64,000 nucleotides of DNA, taken from Mytilus californianus (taxonomy: Eukaryota). Made by a program: the position numbers and the translations under genes. The notes under the pieces were generated by a model. That model made no database searches. It saw only the letters and a list, made by a program, of their open reading frames with translations, and was not told where the DNA came from. Shown here in pieces: positions 12,501-23,290 of this stretch. The stretch spans positions 1,922,001 to 1,986,000 of the forward strand of contig NW_026262604.1 in assembly GCF_021869535.1 (NCBI RefSeq), read 5' to 3'. Numbering within the stretch: the stretch's first letter is position 1; each line of letters opens with the position of its first letter.

Positions 12501-15401
12501 ACGCACTAAAGTTCAAAAGAGTCGTGTTTGGGTATCAAGTCATGTGTTGGTCTCCGATTGAAAGGAGTTCCAAACACTGGTAATAAATTTTAAATTGATC
12601 ACCAGAACGATTGGTCAATAACATCCAATCAAAATTCAACCCCTGAATAACATGTAATGTAATCTTCATATAACTGTTCAACCAACATACTAATTCTGAA
12701 ACTGTCGAATAGATATTGTTGTTGTAGTAAAGACCCCTCTTAATATTTCAGAAAGCCCAGTGATAACACAAGGTGAGTGATTTAGTGTTGACCTAAGTGT
12801 TAGTTTTTTATAGAAATTGCTGAAAGTTTTATATCAACCATTTTCATTAATATATTCTCAATAAAACATATAAGTGTTTTACCTTTTTCACATATTTAGT
12901 GCTATTATTTAGCAAACGGTTAATACAAACCTATTTCTGAATATAGAAGTTGTTTCTCTTAATAACTATATTTTTGTTTCTAGCGCCATGATGTTGCGCT
13001 GTATTATGATTTTTGTAAGATATCAAAAAGAAATTTGGTATATGATATCAAACAGTTCATACGTTTTTTTTTTCTACTGACAATCATTAACCGAAGACGT
13101 ATCTTTGCAAGAATTGTCTACTTGGACACTCCTTTACTTGTTATGACTGTTCCTTCGCAACTGTTAAATATATCGACAAATTTCTTTTCTCAAATTGTTC
13201 GTTATATCTTTTTTAATTCATTTGTGTTCACTCTCCAATTTTTTCTTGAAATATATAGTTATTAGATAGCACTATTTGAAGGTGATAAAGATATCTATTG
13301 GTTTTAACATACTTATAAAAACATATATAAATAAACTCATCATAGATGCCAGGCTAAAAAAATGTACGCAAGTCGCGCGTTTCGTCTACAAAACACTCGT
13401 CAGTGACGCTCTAAGATAAGGTAATCGAAAAATCCAACGTTTTGTTAATATTTAATTTATAATTATAACCATATCAATGATAAGTTAGGATTGAATAGAT
13501 CACCAATAAAGACCTTATTCACAAATCTCAGGCAAGTTGAGTGGTGCAGAGAATCCAGTTATCTATTAAGGATGTCTTAAATAAACGAACCCTGTTCATC
13601 TTTCATTATATCATGATATCTTGAAAGTTTTAAAGTCTACAGGCTAACAATATTAAACGGTTAATTGTGTTATAAAGCTTGAATTTTTAGAAATTGGTTG
13701 GAAACAATCAAATCTTGGTTTTTGAAATACTATTTCAGCACCAATAGTAATATTAACTAGTCCTTCTGGTCAGACTACCACGAACTCTGCAGCCACTGTT
13801 ACATGTGAGTAATTTGAGTCAAACGATAAAATTGTTCAGCAGTGTCATTTTGTGAGACACACTTTTTAATTACTAAAACACGAATAGTTTTTTCCATAGT
13901 AGTTCTTGCAAATAACAAAATTGTCATGAATGTATTGTTTATCGGTGGTATTGCATGAACAAATAACTGTTAATGTCGACGTGAGAAGAGATTCTTACCT
14001 AACACTTGTTTGTTAAAGATTTAATTATTCACTATTGAAGAATATACAATATTAAGCATACTATTTTTTTGCTGTGCATGTACTGATTTTGTGTCATGGA
14101 TGGATACCCCATATCCTTTGTTTTTCTATTAGTATATAAACAAAGGAAAATATTGAGCACACATTCGACTGGTTGAAATTTTAACATGTACCAAATTAGG
14201 CTATCTGAACCTTCATTGAAGCCATATGTTGACTTATGATTGCATAATTCCTCTTCTGCTTTCAGAAGCGCTTTTTTGACTACATTAGGCTCGAATCAAA
14301 TAAAGGCAACAGTAGTATACCGCTGTTCGAAAAACTATTTGAAGGCTTAATCGAATACGAAGCTGAGCGAGCATTTTCAATCGAAAAGCTGTGCAAATAC
14401 GTCAAAGGCAATATCTTCATAAGGATTGAAAATCACAGTGTTTCGATTAATTCTACAGTTCATAAGCAGTAAATTTACCGAAAAAGGACATTTCAATGAT
14501 ATTTCATGTCAACAAAAAAGGTGTGACTACTGGTCTGATGATACCTCGGGGGGACAAAACATCCACCAACAGTGGCATCGATTAAGTGGTTATCTTAACG
14601 GTTCGCTACACATACCTCGTGTTTCTGGAATAACTTTCATGTGGTACGCTGGTTTTTGAAAAAGCGAAACACATAAAACGATTGGCTCATCAGAACAAAA
14701 GGAAATAACATTTTATGCATTTTTAACAAAACAGCTGAATAGTTGAATATATATGCATAACGAGCAATATCTTTATTAATATATTGCCAGCGTATTTTAC
14801 TTGAAAGCAACAACTGGTTGAAATTAACCTGTCTCAATGTTTTTAACTACTTATATGGAACTAGTCCTACCTAGTAAATAATTTTAAACGCGCATTGGTA
14901 ATTTGGGGAAGGTGTATTTATTTTTGAATTGATTGTTGTTAGGACTGTTGGCGTAGTTAATCACATTGTGTCATTTAGAATACTATGATATTGATCTATT
15001 TAACACTTCGACACAGTATTAAATACACAATTCGCTCTTTGTTTAATTATTTTTTTTACCAGGGAGTAACATCGATAAAAAAATAACTGTTCAGAAAATG
15101 ACTGCAAGTTGAGATATTATTATAACAATAACAATATTCTTAATTATTTCCTTCAACAGCCGAGCTCCAGACTACCGCCAGTTCAATGATACCAAATACA
15201 ACTGTACTTCCAGTAGTATCGACACATCTTAACACACCTAATGCTTGTGGTGATTATTTCTCTGAGTACGCATGTCATAAGGTGGACTGTGAAATACAGC
15301 TTTGCAGCGATTCAGCACTACGAGTTCTTTGTCCAAACTATTGTAATGGACGATGCAGAACTAGAGACTGTACTGATATTCCAGGTTATATTTCAAAATA
15401 A
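3583..15401 (+). CDS. Cys-rich, probably secreted protein: 2 Ly6/uPAR (three-finger)-like domains + ShKT + Ser/Thr linker + ShKT; ~356 aa visible, start/signal exon not located
   Basis: Manually spliced exons with consistent phases: 3583-3662, 4188-4259, 5114-5225, 6718-6803, 8058-8126 (GC donor), 9944-10112, 11291-11464, 13739-13804, 15160-15401 (TAA). Domain 1 CYSC..DC..EC|MC..C|QC..CRHCCSTSFCNKDLC; domain 2 CLSC..DC..IC|QC..GC|YC..CAMGCLTENCNRELC; ShKT CEDIDTYGC..C..CPETCGIC and CGDYFSEYAC..C..LCPNYCNGRC. Confidence 0.85.
5515..5700 (+). mobile_element. degenerate V-domain-type SINE
   Basis: B-box-like GAGTTCGGACC (~5544), then GTCGGTGGTTC..., GAAAGTGGTGTTAAACACCAATCAATC tail; same family as 36241 and 63665. 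Confidence 0.55.
5819..6246 (+). mobile_element. ~430-bp SINE-like retroposon (Deu/Nin-like central domain), full length
   Basis: 12-bp TSD TCTATTCTTATC (5807-5818, 6247-6258); (CAAT)n tail; near-identical to 51557-51980 (-). Central GGACGTTAAATCCG...GCACGTTAAGAACCC resembles the Deu/Nin domain (recall). Confidence 0.85.
6469..6512 (-). ncRNA. minimal type I hammerhead ribozyme (Penelope/retrozyme type)
   Basis: Minus strand GCGUCA-CUGAUGA-GUCUU(UUG)AAGAC-GAAA-UGCGCG-UC^UGGCGC: complete core, 6-bp stem I, 5-bp stem II, near-palindromic stem III. Confidence 0.7.
7275..7625. repeat. dispersed repeat of unknown class (also at ~49920-50285)
   Basis: TAAAAAGTAAAACAACAAAAATACCG...GTAGAAAATGGT(T/G)GATTAAACCTGG...CTCTCACTTGTATGACAGT shared between both sites. 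Confidence 0.7.
8769..8857. repeat. 18-bp tandem repeat, ~4-5 copies
   Basis: GATTGATATATTTGCGAA units. Confidence 0.85.
9010..9426 (+). mobile_element. older copy of the 430-bp SINE
   Basis: Colinear with 5819-6246; degenerate TSD TCAAGTTTTAAT / TCAAATTTCAAT. Confidence 0.8.
9535..9857 (+). mobile_element. degenerate 5'-truncated copy of the 430-bp SINE
   Basis: CAGCCACATCCAGTCAGAATGGGAACG...GCACGTAAAACCC...GGTCCGTAGGTGACCTG matches the family. Further fragments at ~12320-12430 (-) and ~20143-20245 (+). Confidence 0.7.
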
Positions 15402-17333
15402 AGCAACAAGTTTGACTAATTATTGTTGATAATGAATGCCATTCTTATCCGTCTTTTGAAAAATATTGAATAGTCATAGTGCTATAATTATTAATAAATA
15501 TACATGATTGTACTCCCAGTTTAATTTCGCTTTTCTATAGTCTATTGAAATAAAGCACAACTCGTAGGACAATTAGAGGCAACATCAACCCTGAAAATCT
15601 TTAAAGAAGAGAGGCGAAAGATACCAAAGGGACATTTAAACTCGTACGTCGTAAAAAAAACCTGACATTAACACGGCAAAACAGGTAAAGGAACAAATGG
15701 AACCACATAATTTATTTTCTAATCAATGAACTTTTAATTGTACTAATACTAAACGCAGTATCCCAATGAAAATAGTAACTTTGGTAAACTGTTATTTTAG
15801 GAAGACACACTGTTATCCATAATACGAAAGGAATTAATCCCTGACTGTGGTTTAGATGCAACTCGATTTAACAGTGTGCGACAATTTGATACTTACTTGC
15901 AGCCAGGAATTTTTACATCAATAAAGCTGATCGTTATAAAGTTCTATGAATATAAAGGAAGTCATAGAAATGTATATTCATTATAAAATACAAAAGCTGA
16001 TAAATGATCCACATTGCCAAAATTGCTGACTTTATTTATTTCATATTTTTACTTGAATAGATACTAGAATCAAAATAGAAACTTTTTCTGCAGTGGTAAT
16101 GTAAGACGACCTCTATTTTTAGTAAACACTCATTACCTCTTTGTCTTAATTATAACCACAGTATTTACATTTTCATTTAATATGTACCTTCTTACATGAA
16201 CACTATTATAAATAAATAATACTGAGTTAACAATTCTCCCTTTTGGTTTATAAGCTCTTCATTTTATAGTAAGTTTTGGATTTTCAAATATTTTGGCCTT
16301 GATCACCACTAACGAGACATTGGTGCCGTTGATGTTCTTTGAAATCTATATGAACTTCTTGTGTCTTTTTATGTGGATATTTCCTGCTTGAAATACCTTA
16401 TGTAGTCTAATAACAGAAATGATGTCTAATATTCAAAGAAAAATCGGTAAATTAGCCAACTTCAATTTTATTGTTCAAAAATAATTTTACTTAGTAGATA
16501 CATAGAGTATCAAATATGAGTCATGGTTGCACTGCTGAACTAACAACAAAAACTACCTCATCTTAATGTTATATACTTTCTGAGTGATGTTTATAAGTAT
16601 ATTTGTTTTAGGGTAGAATTCAAATGCAACCTATACAGAAATAAAATGAATATCTTTCGTCAATATAGACCTAAACATATGATACATATGAAAAATATTG
16701 CGATTGGTAGTATGGTTTGTAAAAAAAGCTTCAGGTGTCAGTTTGAGGGCAAGATCAATTTGATGTTTGAATAAGATTTTTGTTCAGATAAATGCAAATA
16801 GTAAAGTTAGTTGTTATTTAGATTTTTTACATGGTTCTTTCATAGTTTACTTTTCAGAATTAGTTTTAATTCACATATAATCAGATATTTCAACATGTAA
16901 ATCAAACTTTTTGATGAAAAAAAAATAATTTCTGAAAAAAAATCAAATGAATAATTGCAATTTGGACACTCAATTGTATGCAAAAAAAAAAAAAAAAAAA
17001 AAAAACCAACGGCACTCATTGTTACACTTTCGCCTCTCTGTAATATCAACTGTGTAGTCTTTTGTAGAGTGCTGTTTTTCATTTCGTAGTTTTTCTTCTT
17101 AGTCTTGTTATTCTGTTTTGATCGATTTATGACTTAATTGGTCCCTTCTAACTCTCTCTGCCCATACGTCATTTCTAAGAACTAAGTGAATTGGTCAAAG
17201 ACAAGGCTACCACTCAAGTAATGTTCACCAACGTCAACTGTTCAAAACCATTGGTCTCGAGTGTACCTGATGAAGGTAATAGTAATCCTGAAACACGATT
17301 TGTGTGAATGGTAAACATATACTGATGTTATCA

Positions 17334-19440
17334 TTAGGTCTTTCAACTTTTCCTTATGATTTTGTTTTGATTATTATTTTTTTTCTTCCGCCAAATTTTG
17401 TTCTTGTAGTGTATAGTGGTTTCGCACGATGTCGCTTTGATGTTCTGCATATTATGATAAATTGATATATTTATTGTAAGAATTTTTCTCAAAACACTGT
17501 TTTCTTGCACATGTCGTCCGTAACCGTAAAAAACATCGAAAAAGTTTGTTTTTTTTTCAAATTGCTGGTTAAATCCTCCGGATGCTTGGTCAATTTTAAC
17601 AGAAGCAATGCAAAGACTTCATATGAGATTTATTTCCCTATTTATATTTGACATAAGTGATATATAAATGTAGATCATTAACCGTAAGTAATAAGAGATA
17701 TCTCGTTTATAAGTCCTTGGTCCACCAAAAATAAAATGGGGTCAAGGTCATTGTTCAATGTCATGTTCTAAATTTTGCCCTTTGCTTGTGTGTGCGTCTC
17801 CTCACAAACTATAAAAGGTAGGTAGAAAACGAACTATGCAAAATGTTTGGATTATTGAAAATAAGAAATGGTACATTCGGTCCAAAGCCATATGATGACA
17901 TCTTTTATGAATTATTGCCCCTGAAATTGTGAAATTTTAGGTTATTTAATTATTTTATACTGGTACATAATAAAGTCATGGGGTCTTTTTAAAAGGTTGG
18001 ATGACATATGACCTTGAAAAATATCAACCGAAAATACATAGAAACCATAAAAGTTTGGAATCGGTGTTAAGGCTACCTGTTTTCTCATAAGTGCAAAGAA
18101 AGCTATCATATGATACAGGAAGTGACATTTTCTAAACCGGAAGTAGCAAATTACCTCTCTTTTTTAAGGAAAAGTATATAGAAACCATATATTTATTATT
18201 CAGTATTAAATATCCTTTCATATGACATCAGAAGTAAAATTTTCTAAAACAAAAGTTGTTGATAACTACCCATTTTAAGTGAAAGTACCTAGAAACCATA
18301 AAAGTTTGGAATCGGTGTTTAGGCTACCTGTTTTCTCATAAGTGCAAAGAAAGCTTTCATATGAGACTGGAAGTGATATTTTCTTAACCGGAAGTAGCAA
18401 ATTACATATTTTTTTTAAGGAAAAGTATATAGAAACCATATATTTATTATTCAGTATTAAATATCCTTTCATATGACATCAGTAGTAAAATTTCCTAAAA
18501 CAAAAGTAGCTAATAATTACCCTTATTTCAAGTGAAATTACATAGAAACCATAATTTTTTTAAATCGGTGTTTAGGCTCCTATTTTCTCATACCTTCAGT
18601 GCATATTTATTAGGTCTTTCCACTTTTCTGTGGAAAGACCTATTGTATTTGTTCTGATTATTATTATTATTATTATTATAATTATTATTTTTTTCTTCTG
18701 CCTAATTTTGTTCTCGCGTAAAATTTTTTGTTTCGCAAGATGTCGCTTAGATATTTCTTATATAGTATCATACAGTTTATGCGCTTTTTATTTTCACCCA
18801 TTCTAAGCCGAACAATTTTCCTTGTAGGAGTTATCTCCCTGAACACTGTTTTCCTTGTGACTGCATCTCCTCCATAACCGTAAAAGAAAGCGACAAATTT
18901 ATTTTACCAAATGGCTCGCTATATCCTCAGGATTTGTTTCCAATTTTGACGGAAGCGATACGAAGACTCCATATGAGAGTTATTTCCCCTAATGCATTTG
19001 AAATAAGTGATATGCATTTGTAACTGGTAAAACATAAGTGATAGAGACCTAGGGTCTTTTGATTTGAGGTCCTTGGTCCTAAAGAATAGAAAACTAGGTC
19101 AAGGTCATGTTGTGATTTTTTACATTAGGTTCATATGGCTTCTTCCTAGAAAGAGATATAGATATCGACAAAACAATTTAACCAAAAAGTTTGTCGCGAC
19201 ACGTGTTAACTAGAAATTTTTGGTCAAAATGGTACGCGTCATTTTATTGCAGGGTCAATGTCCCTGTTATGGTCGAATCAACAAATTACTTATCAAAACT
19301 TCAAACTTTGCAGCTATCATGTTGTAAATGTTTCTTATCTCAATAATGAACCACAGTCTACCACTACACTCCCCCCCCTTTTTTTCAACTGATTTTTTTT
19401 TTAAGTTATCCCATTTCAAAGAAAAGAAGATCGCTTTTAG
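17334..19440. mobile_element. two adjacent non-autonomous Helentron/HINE-like elements with internal ~250-bp tandem repeats
   Basis: Related starts TTAGGTCTTTC at ~17334 and ~18610; 13-bp perfect hairpin TAGGTCTTTCCAC/GTGGAAAGACCTA (18611-18642) followed by (TTA)n; tandem units at 18039, 18290, 18543. Absent from copy 2. Boundaries and class are approximate. Confidence 0.5.
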
Positions 19441-19830
19441 TCCCGTACATTATACTGTAAAATGCTAATCCTTCTTATGTACAAATTTCTTTCTGAAATA
19501 GAAATCCATCCCTGCAAAAATCTGCTCCAATTCATGTATTTTCTGAAAGTAATCGATGAGGCACGTGCGGTCCGCTTGATTGCGAAATTAAAATCAATGT
19601 ATTACTGAAATCCTACACTCAAATTTCTAAACATGCATTAAAATACAAATCTGTGCTCCCGTAAACATGTGTACGTAATATGTATGCATGATCCGACATC
19701 AATGACCTGTACAAAATAAAAACAATAGTTATCGTGTTTCTTTGATCAATACACATGTGCTCTGTTCAACGGTCTCCCCTGAAAAGAAATTAATATTCTA
19801 ACTCCAGACATATATATTCGAGGGTCACGT

Positions 19831-19996
19831 GACTTCACAACACCATCTCGCGCGCGGACCTAAATTTAGAATAAAACATTGCATATCCAAATGAGGGAAA
19901 ATAAAACTTCCAAGACTTCACAACACCATCTCGCGCGCGGACCTAAATTTAGAATAAAACATTGCATATCCAAATGAGGGAAAATAAAACTTCCAA
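19831..19996. repeat. 83-bp perfect direct duplication
   Basis: GACTTCACAACACCATCTCGCGCGCGG...AAAACTTCCAA at 19831-19913 and 19914-19996. Confidence 0.9.
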
Positions 19997-20460
19997 GATA
20001 AAATTTACTCCGTTTTCCTACAAATTCAATCAAAGTGCATACACAACAAATAGATGAAAAATGGAAGTCCGAGGTAACATAGAAACTAGAGAAAATTTAT
20101 AAACGAATGATGCTAGGATCAATTTTTATGAGGACATCTCAGGCGTCCGTTTGGCTGTGCGGGATGTCTAAGTACGCAGTCACGTTCGGTCAGAATATAG
20201 GCGTTATTTAAGTTAGCTGCGTCGCACAGAGAAAGTGCCATGCAATCAATCAATCAATCGATCGACCGACCGACCGACCGACCAACCAACTAACCAACCA
20301 AAAAACCAATTAATCATGTTTCGGAGGGGAAAGACCGTTTAACAATTGTTTTTAAAACAATTGATTTATATTTTTTCTATTTATCTTTCTTATCAAAACA
20401 CTCAGTAAAATATAATGTGGAAAGAGTTTAATTCTTACCTTTATTCTAAACTGTTATTTT

Positions 20461-20971
20461 AGTTGATACGATATTCCAGGGCTTGTATTTCCTATCATTA
20501 TTTCCTTGATAGAGTGTTGCTGCTCACAAGAAAGCTATTAAACCAAGAGTTCCAAGTGGTGAAGTTGAAATCATCCCTTTGTAAGTTTTACGGACGCCAT
20601 CACGAGTTGGTTGACCGTTATAGAATATTCGTTTCACAGATGATAGCGGATATGTTCCTAATGTCGTAACTACAATCCCGTCCCTTTTTCCCGAATGTGA
20701 CCTACCGAATTATACTTATTACCGGGTTTGTACTAACATGATCAACGCAACGGGTGCCACATGTGGAGCAGGATCTGCTTACCCTTCCGGAGCACCTGAG
20801 ATCACCCCCAGTTTTTAGTGGGATTCGTGTTGCTCAGTCTTTACTTTTGTATGTTGTGTTTTGTGTACTATAGTTTGTCTGTTGGTCTTTTTCCTTTTTA
20901 GCCATGGCGTTGTCAGTTTATTTTCGACTTATGAGTGTGAATGTCCCTCTGGTATCTCTCGCCCCTCTTTT
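20461..20971 (+). mobile_element. 3' fragment of a Penelope-like retroelement (RT C-terminal/thumb region + 3' repeat)
   Basis: Encodes LIRYSRACISYHYFLDRVLLLTRKLLNQEF...KFYGRHHELVDRY, resembling the PLE RT thumb; same family as 32453-33011. Absent at the paralogous site ~52380. Confidence 0.6.
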
Positions 20972-21873
20972 ATTTGGTTTGCTATAGCCACTTATCAAAA
21001 TACTACAGCTTGATATACATTGCAATTTTGGTGTTCTATTTAAAAACGGAGAAATAAAATTTACTATACGGAATTTAATTCCATCACAATACCGCGAGAC
21101 CAAAATATTGTAGAGCAAAGATAATTACAAATAGTAAATAACAGTTAAAATATCGACCAAATTTGTGCAACATGTTCCTTACACTGTTATATAGCTTTTT
21201 ATAATTTCTAAATGTATTATCAATTTAGTTAATATAGTTTATACATTCTGTTATACATGAATAAACAGGTCCATACAATACTATCATATTTGTAATTATT
21301 TGACTGAATACATTTTAAATGAACATTGCAACATATGATGATAATCGAATTGTCACGTATTGGAAGAACAGGCTCAAAAGAAATGCTTACATATGTTACG
21401 ATATTCAACTCTGGAGTTCAAAGACGACTTACAATTTTAGATTTATTGAACGATGTATGCTTGGTAAATTATATATTTTACACGAATGACAACAGTGAAC
21501 GTTATAGATTTAAACGGATAATAATACATTTGTGTTTACCTCGGCACACACAAGAAAATGACAAATATTTTAAAGACACAAAAATGGAAAAGGACTCTAT
21601 AATTTGATACTAATAAAATTGAAAGTGTTTTTTTGTTTATTTTGATCTAAAAATTTTAGATCTAGTCTAAAATGGTTATCCCTTCTCATATCCGGCCAAC
21701 AATGTGAATCAATGATTCAATACTTAGTCAAAATGTCTTTCTATATGGAATAGAACAAAATCGGATAACTTACAATATAGATCAATATTTGTGTGTCTTA
21801 AGGTCTAAGACAGCGAAAAAAATTCCCTCGTGAGTTGTGATACAGACATAAAATTCAATATTTTGATGTTTAT

Positions 21874-22863
21874 TTACTCATGTATGAGTGTTTGATATTT
21901 TTTTAATTCAATTACAAGATCATCTATGTGAATATCGTTTTCATTTAAACGCTTAAGAATTTGTGACAACACCTGGTGCATTTCGACAGGATAAAATTTT
22001 GGACTCAAAAGATGAATGAAGAACGATTCAGTAAATCTTGCCATATTGTGTTTTAAATTTGTTCCTCTGCACACTCCCAGTGTACAATTTGTTAAAGATT
22101 TACAATAAGTATTTTGTAGTTCGTCGCTATTTAGAGGTTGACAGGTAATATTATAATAATAGCAACCTTTTGATAACTGGCACGATGGTTCCACATCACT
22201 TGTATAATCCATGTCAATCATTTTGATTTTACCGTTAACTAAAAAGAAATGATTGTTAGGCATGAAATCAACAAGTTTCAATGACCCCAATGGAGAATGG
22301 TGAAGATAGAATATGAAATCAGCTATGTCCAAAGCATGATTAAGCCTAACTTTTGTTGTTAAGTGTGCTTTGTTTATATCAAACTGTTTTCCATATTCAT
22401 AGACAGCGGAAATGTCACCGATTTTTTTAAAACCATCATAACTTTTGTCATGTCTCAAATGTTTTACACAATAACCTAACATTTTGATAAGTGCCGGATG
22501 ATCCAGTTGATCTTGCATAAGGATATCTTTCATAAACAGCACTTCTCTTAATTGCTCGTCTCTGTCTTTTGGGTTTTTATGTGGAGAAATCCTCTTCACT
22601 ACAACCGTTTCTCCTTCATAGGTACCAATGTCGACGCTTTTCGATAATCCATCTCCAACATCGTACTTGAAAAAATTGATGTCTTTAATGTTGGTACAAT
22701 TAAACTTGTACTTTGTTGATGATTTTGTTAAATTTCTATTCTGTGAATTTCCAAGCTGATTTCCGGATTCGATATCCATTATTTGATGTAAAATCCAGAT
22801 CCACAATACACTCTGACACATCAATGTAATAACTACAATTTGTATTGTATTTTTTCTGAACAT
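21874..22863 (-). CDS. PKDCC/VLK-like extracellular (secretory pathway) tyrosine kinase, 329 aa, single coding exon
   Basis: N-terminal hydrophobic anchor; VGDGLSKSV Gly loop; VVVK; LDHPALIKMLGYC; YLHHSPLGSLKLVDF; KMIDMD; Cys-rich C-lobe. These match PKDCC-type motifs. A TTACAG acceptor 8 nt upstream of the ATG implies a 5'UTR intron. Confidence 0.85.
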   Translation of the reverse strand: MFRKNTIQIVVITLMCQSVLWIWILHQIMDIESGNQLGNSQNRNLTKSSTKYKFNCTNIKDINFFKYDVGDGLSKSVDIGTYEGETVVVKRISPHKNPKDRDEQLREVLFMKDILMQDQLDHPALIKMLGYCVKHLRHDKSYDGFKKIGDISAVYEYGKQFDINKAHLTTKVRLNHALDIADFIFYLHHSPLGSLKLVDFMPNNHFFLVNGKIKMIDMDYTSDVEPSCQLSKGCYYYNITCQPLNSDELQNTYCKSLTNCTLGVCRGTNLKHNMARFTESFFIHLLSPKFYPVEMHQVLSQILKRLNENDIHIDDLVIELKKYQTLIHE

Positions 22864-23290
22864 TGTGTTTTCTGTAACTTTAGAAAATCGTTATTTGAAT
22901 TCTCATCGCTGTATATTCAATCTGAAATTAAAGTGTCCTGAATTTTTAGCTACGGGTATTTAAAGCAAATGTTTCAGTGAATTACGTTATATACTGATTA
23001 TGAACAGGTGACAAAAAATGAAAACAACACGTTATAAATTTAATGCGTCCGAAGCGCTTTTCTGGATTTACCTTCATATGGAATGCTCAAAGCCGAATAC
23101 TTGATGTATAAATCCGACACAGTTGAAGAGCTATATAATCAAAAATGACCTAAAATTATTGCCAAATCCTTCTAAAGCCAACTTTGCCTGAGGGAGTTGA
23201 AACCTTAGTTTCTTTATAATTGACAATTGTTGAGCAGGAAATGTTAATCCTTCTGAAGCACCCGAGTTAACCATCATTGTTTGTTTGGGT

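Noticed and set aside
13365-13410. Hammerhead-like motifs here and at ~14525, ~17260, ~23045, ~39867, ~50411, ~50610
   Set aside because: Core mutations (GAC triplet, GAAA->AAAA, lost CUGAUGA or broken stems); treated as decayed, not functional.
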